Below are positions 42,023-47,304 of a stretch of 47,304 bases of DNA, in pieces. The stretch's first letter is position 1, and every line of letters starts with the position of its first letter. Source of the DNA: a virus. The stretch lies in IMG/VR virus record IMGVR_UViG_3300003666_000032; one strand, 5' to 3'. Position numbers and translations under genes: made by a program. The notes under the pieces are model-generated. The model was given only the letters and a program-made list of their open reading frames with translations. It was not told the DNA's origin and did not search any database.

Positions 42023-42121
42023 TTAATCAAATTGTTCAAAACACTGTTTAGGATTATGGCGGTACTTATTTCTAAGATACCGCTTGAATTTTATGTAACA
42101 CTTGCGTTGGCGTTTATACAT
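42023..42121 (-). CDS. Possible 32-aa highly basic peptide
   Basis: MYKRQRKCYIKFKRYLRNKYRHNPKQCFEQFD, after GAAAGGCGG. Confidence 0.3.
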   Translation of the reverse strand: MYKRQRKCYIKFKRYLRNKYRHNPKQCFEQFD

Positions 42122-42144
42122 TGCAATATACCGCCTTTCATACT

Positions 42145-42513
42145 CTAAAGTTTAAGTATAAAATCCTGTACTTTTTGACGATTTTCGCGGTAGTTATCAT
42201 CGTAACCACCACAACTAAGACAAAAACTATTAGATTTAAGATATTCTATAGTTGTTTCTTCTGGTTCAAATTGATCTTCGAAACCATAGCAAGAACAATG
42301 AGAAGCGTTAACTTCAAATAGTTCTTGTGAGTCTTTGTGTTTAAGTAAGAAGAATGAAGAGCTATCGCATCCCCAAGAACCTACACTTTCATATGCAATT
42401 AATATGTGATAATTTGATAGCTCTTCAGAGCTTACTTTATATTCTTCTTCTAAATGAAGCCGTATCTCTTCATCTGTCATTTTATTTAAGTCTTCTAAGA
42501 ATAACTGTTCCAT
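42145..42513 (-). CDS. Hypothetical protein (122 aa)
   Basis: ORF with GAAAGGAAGG SD. Confidence 0.65.
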   Translation of the reverse strand: MEQLFLEDLNKMTDEEIRLHLEEEYKVSSEELSNYHILIAYESVGSWGCDSSSFFLLKHKDSQELFEVNASHCSCYGFEDQFEPEETTIEYLKSNSFCLSCGGYDDNYRENRQKVQDFILKL

Positions 42514-42560
42514 TTACATTACCTTCCTTTCATGTTATACTGACATAGATAAATACTTTT

Positions 42561-42719
42561 TTAAGCAGTCTTTTTTATAGTCGGTGTTTCAGCATCGGCT
42601 ATATTTGTGTCAAAAATGCTGCTGTAGGTGTCGTCTGGTTGCGGCTGTGGTCTATTGGTGTTCATTCCTGTAAAGATATCTTCTTCAAGTTTCCATCCGT
42701 CTGTATCGAAGTAATCCAT
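42561..42719 (-). CDS. Possible 52-aa acidic protein
   Basis: MDYFDTDGWKLEEDIFTG..., 6 nt after AAGGAGG. It is below the ORF-track cutoff. Confidence 0.4.
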   Translation of the reverse strand: MDYFDTDGWKLEEDIFTGMNTNRPQPQPDDTYSSIFDTNIADAETPTIKKTA

Positions 42720-42721
42720 TG

Positions 42722-42919
42722 TTATACCTCCTTGGCTTTAAATCTTATAGGATAGAAATCACAATCTTTACGCTCAGTAGTTGCGCCAAAAAGATTGCTA
42801 CACCTTTGGAAATGTTTGCAATTGAAGCATGTCATTCCATTAGGTAAACACATGCATTTTTCAACTTCGTTTTCAAATACAAAATGACACTTTTCACATT
42901 TCTTCGTATGTAACGCCAT
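42722..42919 (-). CDS. Cys-rich small protein, paralogue of 41830..42003
   Basis: CEKCHF...KCMCLPNGMTCFNCKHFQRC...CDFYPIRFKAKE, with AAGGAGG SD. Confidence 0.65.
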   Translation of the reverse strand: MALHTKKCEKCHFVFENEVEKCMCLPNGMTCFNCKHFQRCSNLFGATTERKDCDFYPIRFKAKEV

Positions 42920-42931
42920 TTTCGTTCCTCC

Positions 42932-43057
42932 TTATAGTTGAATATTAAACATTGCCTTAAACCTGTTTTTCTTTGCTGCCTTCTGCTTCCTGTTGATGTA
43001 CACATATACAGCCCAATTTAAGCCGATAATTAAAGCACAGAATAGTATAAATCTCAT
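42932..43057 (-). CDS. Possible 41-aa membrane peptide
   Basis: MRFILFCALIIGLNWAVYVYINRKQK..., after AGGAGG. Its TAATG overlaps the upstream stop. Confidence 0.35.
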   Translation of the reverse strand: MRFILFCALIIGLNWAVYVYINRKQKAAKKNRFKAMFNIQL

Positions 43058-43230
43058 TAATTTAACCTCCTGACCACACCTACAACATCAATACAAAGTT
43101 GTTCAAACTCAAATGCTGTCATGTTAAATTTGTTTTGCCTTGTTATGTCCTCGTCTAACAGCTTTTCAAATAGTGAGTATTGTTCGTCTGACATTGGACC
43201 GACCTTTTGTTCTAGTACCTCTTTCCTCAA
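43057..43230 (-). CDS. Hypothetical protein (57 aa, TTG start)
   Basis: TTG 43230 lies 8 nt after GGAGG and directly after the upstream stop. The ORF extends to 43263. Confidence 0.45.
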   Translation of the reverse strand: MRKEVLEQKVGPMSDEQYSLFEKLLDEDITRQNKFNMTAFEFEQLCIDVVGVVRRLN

Positions 43231-43232
43231 TG

Positions 43233-43424
43233 TTAACGCCTCCAACCTATGCTCGTATTGCAACCATACCTATCCGCGTAACTAGTGGCTACATACAAAC
43301 CATCCCCGTCTTTTTTACATGCGTTATTGCTTTCTTGTGAAACCGTCATTCCGTTAAAATTGCAACCCTTACGGCAGCCGAAGCAGCCTTTGTTTAATAC
43401 TAATGCCTTAGAAAATACCTTCAT
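43233..43424 (-). CDS. Cys-containing small protein (63 aa)
   Basis: ORF with GAGAGGAG SD. It contains GCFGCRKGC. Confidence 0.55.
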   Translation of the reverse strand: MKVFSKALVLNKGCFGCRKGCNFNGMTVSQESNNACKKDGDGLYVATSYADRYGCNTSIGWRR

Positions 43425-43439
43425 TGTTTCAATCTCCTC

Positions 43440-43682
43440 TCAACTTATTAATTTTCCTGCTAATGGTCTTAGCTGCTTGCCTATTGCGTAATCAATAATA
43501 TCTTCGCAACCTAGTATTTCAGCTAATTTTACGTACTCTTCCGGTTTAAATTTGTTATCTCTTAACCTTTTACATATACTTCCTTGATCTGTGTAAAACA
43601 CGTCTGCAATTTGTTGTTGCTTTATGCCGTTAAGCTCAAGTTGTAAGGCTAAGAAGTTGCCAAAGCTGAACCCCTTCTTCAT
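43440..43682 (-). CDS. XRE-like HTH regulator (80 aa)
   Basis: NGIKQQQIADVFYTDQGSICKRL, with GGGGAGG SD. It is the first gene of a new transcription unit. Confidence 0.7.
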   Translation of the reverse strand: MKKGFSFGNFLALQLELNGIKQQQIADVFYTDQGSICKRLRDNKFKPEEYVKLAEILGCEDIIDYAIGKQLRPLAGKLIS

Positions 43683-43708
43683 TTCTGTACCTCCCCGTTT
43701 TTGAAATC

Positions 43709-43737
43709 ATAATTATGTGAATTTTGAATAATTATGT
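43709..43737. promoter_or_regulatory. Direct repeat ATAATTATGT x2 just upstream of the HTH gene (candidate operator)
   Basis: Copies lie at 43709-18 and 43728-37, between the putative promoter and the SD. Confidence 0.4.
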
Positions 43738-43806
43738 ACTTTTTTGTATAGATATGTCATTCGCATACCTTTATAATAAAAGCATAAACACACTTACTTC
43801 CACTTC

Positions 43807-43822
43807 GGGGGAACAATCCCCC
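43807..43822. terminator. GC stem-loop GGGGGA-acaa-TCCCCC after the pentapeptide-repeat gene
   Basis: A perfect 6-bp G/C stem in an AT-rich spacer. The flanks are only weakly T-rich. Confidence 0.45.
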
Positions 43823-43867
43823 AAATATTCTTTTGTCTATCAGATATGTTCTTGCGGGTTCTCCGCT

Positions 43868-44605
43868 TCATGATTGTTTTATATCCTTTATACTTCTTAT
43901 GTAATTTATTGCACCAAGGTATTCGGATAAATATTGTGGATTATTTTTATGAGTTTCGTTTACCTTGGCTTCAAACTCTTCCAATGTACCTTCGAAACAA
44001 CCACACCATATACTGTCAGTATCAAAGCAGTAAGTTGTGCTATCCTTTCTACTGCCTATACATGAAATAACAATATATCGATTATCTGTTCCTGCACCGC
44101 TGAGGTCTGCACCGCTGAGGTTTGCACCGCTGAGGTTTGCACAGCTGAGGTCTGCACCGCTGAGGTCTGCACAGCTGAGGTTTGCACAGCTGAGGTTTGC
44201 ACGTCTGAGGTTTGCACCGCTGAGGTCTGCACCGCTGAGGTTTGCACCGCTGAGGTTTGCACGTCTGAGGTTTGCACCGCTGAGGTTTGCACCGCTGAGG
44301 TTTGCACAGCTGAGGTCTGCACCGCTGAGGTCTGCACAGCTGAGGTCTGCACCGCTGAGGTTTGCACCGCTGAGGTTTGCACCGCTGAGGTCTGCACAGC
44401 TGAGGTCTGCACAGCTGAGGTTTGCACAGCTGAGGTTTGCACCGCTGAGGTTTGCACCGCTGAGGTTTGCACCGCTGAGGTTTGCACAGCTGAGGTCTGC
44501 ACAGCTGAGGTCTGCACAGCTGAGGTTTGCACGTCTTCCACCCTCTTTGTTTTCAAGCCATTTTTTGTGATTTTCCAATATTTGTTTTAATTCTGCATTA
44601 TCCAT
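43868..44605 (-). CDS. Pentapeptide-repeat protein with a C-terminal globular domain
   Basis: About 30 consecutive A(N/D)LS(G/C) pentapeptides, typical of the family. The N-terminus is [25 protein letters not shown]. Confidence 0.85.
   Translation of the reverse strand: MDNAELKQILENHKKWLENKEGGRRANLSCADLSCADLSCANLSGANLSGANLSGANLSCANLSCADLSCADLSGANLSGANLSGADLSCADLSGADLSCANLSGANLSGANLRRANLSGANLSGADLSGANLRRANLSCANLSCADLSGADLSCANLSGANLSGADLSGAGTDNRYIVISCIGSRKDSTTYCFDTDSIWCGCFEGTLEEFEAKVNETHKNNPQYLSEYLGAINYIRSIKDIKQS
44094..44528. repeat. 29 tandem copies of a 15-bp unit (gcacNNctgaggtYt)
   Basis: 12 of 15 positions are invariant in all 29 copies. Only positions 5-6 (cg/ag/gt) and 14 (c/t) vary. 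Confidence 0.95.
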
Positions 44606-44624
44606 TCTTATCTCCCTTCTAGCT

Positions 44625-44768
44625 TTATGCTGATTGCTTTTTGAGTTCAGATTCTAACCGTTGTTCTCTCAAAAGTCTTAGATATTCTTCCTCTGATACT
44701 TCTTTTCCGGTTTTGTCAAAGTATCGAAGGGTAACTTCTATTTCTGGAAAGTGCTTTAAATGTGCCAT
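44625..44768 (-). CDS. Possible 47-aa protein
   Basis: [47 protein letters not shown], after AGGGGG. Confidence 0.45.
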   Translation of the reverse strand: MAHLKHFPEIEVTLRYFDKTGKEVSEEEYLRLLREQRLESELKKQSA

Positions 44769-44816
44769 TGATTAAGCCCCCTTGTTTAAGAATTGGGGCA
44801 TAAAGCCCCATCCACA

Positions 44817-45593
44817 TTATTTGAGTCTGTTTTTTGTACGTCTCTTGTTGTAGTGATTAGCAATAGCGTTTGCATATCTCATATAGCCTAGATTTTTATT
44901 CAAATCGCTATCGCCTTCACGTTTAATTGTTATAGGAGAAACAGCAGCCAATGACTTTATAAAAATACTTTTAGAGTAATTTGGATGTGATTTAACGAAA
45001 TTATATGTACCTAGCATAATTTCTTTAACCATAGATTCTGATTCGCCGTCCCAGGTTTGTTTTACTAATTCAAGAACATCTTTTAAAACGTCATAGTCGC
45101 TTGATTTATATATCTGAATTAATGTTGAAAAACAAATCGGTGTATTATGTGTACTGGTTTTCTTTAACGCAAAATTGAGTCCAGATTCCAATATTGCATT
45201 CCTAACATTTACAGCACATTCCTCTCCGCGTTCGAGCCATGACTTAAATTTAAAAACAATATCAATATTTCTTACATTATCCATTTGAGTATCAAACATT
45301 TTAGCTTCTTCACTATATGTAAGACCTCTGAACACTTCACAATTCCATGCATGATATCCAAGGGTTATTAATGTAACAAGTCTGTGCTGACCATCAATTA
45401 TCCAATTTTCACCGTCACGACAAGAAACAGTCAAGACACCAACTTTTTTAGAATCAAAATCTTTAGCAATTTTCTTTACCCTAAGCATATCAACAGTACG
45501 CTGATATCCTGGTATCCTGATTTTTTTAAGGTCTAAATTTTCAAATGTAGATTGAAATCTATGTGGGATTATTTCATGGAATAAGCTTTTCAT
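44817..45593 (-). CDS. ParB/Srx-fold protein with a DGQHR motif (DndB-like)
   Basis: IPGYQRTVDMLRVKKIAKDFD...WIIDGQHRL. ATG 45593 lies after GGAGGAA and directly after the upstream stop. Confidence 0.7.
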   Translation of the reverse strand: MKSLFHEIIPHRFQSTFENLDLKKIRIPGYQRTVDMLRVKKIAKDFDSKKVGVLTVSCRDGENWIIDGQHRLVTLITLGYHAWNCEVFRGLTYSEEAKMFDTQMDNVRNIDIVFKFKSWLERGEECAVNVRNAILESGLNFALKKTSTHNTPICFSTLIQIYKSSDYDVLKDVLELVKQTWDGESESMVKEIMLGTYNFVKSHPNYSKSIFIKSLAAVSPITIKREGDSDLNKNLGYMRYANAIANHYNKRRTKNRLK

Positions 45594-45594
45594 A

Positions 45595-46632
45595 TTAATT
45601 TCCTCCTGAAATTGTATTTTTGATTTTAACAATATTGTTGTTGACCTGTTCAATAAGAGACAGTGTTAAATGTTTGTCATATTCCGTTAAATTCTTTAAA
45701 TCAGTAATCATGTTTGAATATGGGTTAATCATTAAAAGGACATTATTGATTGTTGATTCAAACTGTGATATACTGAATATGGAATAAGTTTTTTTCTGCC
45801 CTTCATCGGGAGTTTTAAGTGAAGGGCCTTTCATTTCTTCAATCATTTTTTCTAAGGTATCAGTGCTTACATCAAATAGTTCACTTTTGTTATAACGATG
45901 AATACTATTAAGACATGGTTTACATTTGCCTTTTCCTTTATAAAACTCTGTTACTGGAAATTCTTTTTTGCACTCTGAACAAGTTTTCGTTTTCACATCC
46001 GTATCTTTTACCTCGCTTTCTATATTATTTTCAAGCTCGTTAGGCTTTGGTGTAACTTTTGATTCCTCCTTTAAAGTATCATGGGCTTTGCGAATGCTAA
46101 TTTCGCCTTTATCCATCTTCTCTATAAGTTCCTTATTTCCACTATCCACTACCGCTTTTGCCCTATCATATGTTGCACGACTGCCAAGACCAGCTTTTTT
46201 TGCAGCAATATCTTTTGCTACTCCTTTTTCGCCTTCTACGGTTATGCTCCTTGGAGCAGCACCGTGAATAATTTGTGTAGATTTCTGTCTTTCCTCTGCT
46301 TTGAGCTTTTCAACTACTTCAATGTCCCTTGCTATTTCAACACGTTCAGACGGTGTAAAAGCCTTGTGCAATTCGTTTTCATCACGTTCCAAATACTTTA
46401 TTTCATATTCTGATGCGTTCATTACATAGGCTTCAATTTGGGATAATCCAAGAGTTTTACACGCCTTTATTCTTCTCTCTCCTGCTATTAAAATGTTATC
46501 TGGCGTAATGGCTATTGGCTGAATTATTCCATGTTCTTTAATGCTTTCAGCTAGTTCTTGTATATCTCCAAAATCTTTACGACTTCGGTCTTTTATAATA
46601 ATTTTGGATATATCTATTTGAATTGACCCCAC
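45595..46632 (-). CDS. ParB-like nuclease-domain protein with a C-terminal zinc ribbon
   Basis: IQELAESIKEHGIIQPIAITPDNILIAGERRIKACKTLG is the ParBc motif. It also has CSECKKEF...CKPC. The start is GTG, after GGGAGGG. Confidence 0.8.
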   Translation of the reverse strand: MGSIQIDISKIIIKDRSRKDFGDIQELAESIKEHGIIQPIAITPDNILIAGERRIKACKTLGLSQIEAYVMNASEYEIKYLERDENELHKAFTPSERVEIARDIEVVEKLKAEERQKSTQIIHGAAPRSITVEGEKGVAKDIAAKKAGLGSRATYDRAKAVVDSGNKELIEKMDKGEISIRKAHDTLKEESKVTPKPNELENNIESEVKDTDVKTKTCSECKKEFPVTEFYKGKGKCKPCLNSIHRYNKSELFDVSTDTLEKMIEEMKGPSLKTPDEGQKKTYSIFSISQFESTINNVLLMINPYSNMITDLKNLTEYDKHLTLSLIEQVNNNIVKIKNTISGGN

Positions 46633-46646
46633 AATATTTCCCTCCC

Positions 46647-46871
46647 TTATGCTGATTTTATACCCGCATCGTGGATTTTTACATCAAAAAAAATTTCTTC
46701 ATACGGTAAATTAAAAAGAGCCTTTATTTTTTCAATTTCAGTTATTGTAAAATCTCTTTTACCGTTGATTTTTAAATTAAAAGTGCTTAGATCAATACCT
46801 AATTTATCTGCAATATCAGATTGCTTAAGTTTATGCAAAGACATTAACGCTTTAAGTTTTAAATGTTCCAT
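46647..46871 (-). CDS. Cro-like XRE-family HTH protein
   Basis: LKQSDIADKLGIDLSTFNLKINGKR. It is divergent from the CI-like gene. Confidence 0.8.
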   Translation of the reverse strand: MEHLKLKALMSLHKLKQSDIADKLGIDLSTFNLKINGKRDFTITEIEKIKALFNLPYEEIFFDVKIHDAGIKSA

Positions 46872-46891
46872 AGTTTCACCTTCTTTCCTCG

Positions 46892-46968
46892 AAGTGTGGA
46901 TTTGATAATCAAATTATATTACACAGTATGTGGAATTGTCAATATATTTTTTTAAATATGTGGATTTT
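46892..46968. promoter_or_regulatory. Three operator-like boxes (A/G)TGTGGAWTT in the switch region
   Basis: tgtgga occurs at 46895-900, 46929-34 and 46959-64. A TTTGATAATCAAA palindrome lies at 46901-13. Confidence 0.5.
46913..46942 (-). promoter_or_regulatory. Early lytic promoter (cro side)
   Basis: On the minus strand: TTGACA (46937-42), 18 nt, TATAAT (46913-18). The middle operator box lies in the spacer. Confidence 0.6.
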
Positions 46969-47017
46969 TTATTTTATTTCACAATACGAGGATATAATTT
47001 ATAACGGAGGTATTAAT

Positions 47018-47304
47018 ATGAATTTTAGTGATAGATTGAAATTTTTACGTGAAGAACTTGGATTGAAGCAAATTGAATTATCTGAAAAATTAAACATGTC
47101 TAACTCTACTTATAATAATTATGAAATAGGAATAAGAACGCCAGATATAGAGACTATTAAAATTATAGCTAATTTTTTTGATGTTTCAGTTGATTACATT
47201 GTTGGCAATACAAATCAAAGGAAAAATATAATTTACACAACTAAGAATGAATTAAAAAACAGTATTATTGAAAAAAATATTAAAAAAGCAATTATAATTG
47301 ACGG
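47018..47304 (+). CDS. CI-like XRE-family repressor, N-terminal part (continues at 1..178 across the circular junction)
   Basis: MNFSDRLKFLREELGLKQIELSEKLNMSNSTYNNYEIGIRTPDIETIKIIANFFDVSVDYIVG, with GGAGG SD. There is no S24 peptidase domain. Confidence 0.8.
   Translation, partial: MNFSDRLKFLREELGLKQIELSEKLNMSNSTYNNYEIGIRTPDIETIKIIANFFDVSVDYIVGNTNQRKNIIYTTKNELKNSIIEKNIKKAIIID
47206..47304. repeat. Second copy of the 99-bp terminal repeat
   Basis: Identical to 1..99. Confidence 0.95.

Noticed and set aside
44037-44570. Long ORFs on the plus strand (177 aa) and in a second minus frame (44056..44556, 166 aa) across the pentapeptide-repeat gene.
   Set aside because: They exist only because the 15-bp unit has no stop codon in any frame. 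They have no SD or start context, and their products are monotonous (LRSAPLRFA.. and VQTSA..).

Overview
The window is a complete, circularly closed temperate phage genome. Its first 99 nt are identical to its last 99 nt, which looks like an assembly overlap, so the unique length is about 47,205 bp. The host is probably a low-GC Gram-positive bacterium (Clostridia- or Bacilli-like); this is inferred from AT-richness, strong GGAGG Shine-Dalgarno (SD) sites, and SLH-like and copper-amine-oxidase-N-like domains.

Layout:
- Lysogeny switch: a CI-like XRE repressor on the + strand that wraps across the contig ends, three TGTGGAWTT operator boxes, a near-consensus divergent promoter and a Cro-like gene.
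- Integration: a large serine integrase (561..1949) with two candidate attP palindromes.
- Almost everything else is on the minus strand, in this order:
  - An immediate-early operon (two ParB-like proteins and a pentapeptide-repeat protein).
  - Many small Cys-rich proteins.
  - A Sak4/DUF669/SSB/RuvC recombination module.
  - A C5-cytosine methyltransferase, a replication organizer and a radical-SAM protein.
  - An ArpU/RinA-like late activator, then TerS/TerL, portal, scaffold and capsid.
  - Tail and fibre genes with no recognisable tube, sheath or tape-measure set, which suggests a podovirus-like virion.
  - An XhlA-like/amidase/holin lysis cassette.

Most interesting observations:
1. An 834-nt same-strand overlapping ORF lies inside the methyltransferase gene. 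Its +1 frame carries its own conserved-looking motifs and its own SD-ATG.
2. A P22 immI-like secondary immunity module sits inside the late operon. It contains a ribbon-helix-helix (RHH) repressor with a palindromic operator, a candidate antisense sRNA, two tiny paralogous genes and a Rha antirepressor. It is followed by an unusual array of clamp-conserved stem-loops, one of which is duplicated inside the rha coding sequence.
3. There is a three-member family of 43-55 aa proteins; the third copy is convergent with the repressor gene.
4. The pentapeptide-repeat gene is built from 29 nearly identical 15-bp tandem units.

All family assignments are by eye from motifs. No database or HMM search was possible.
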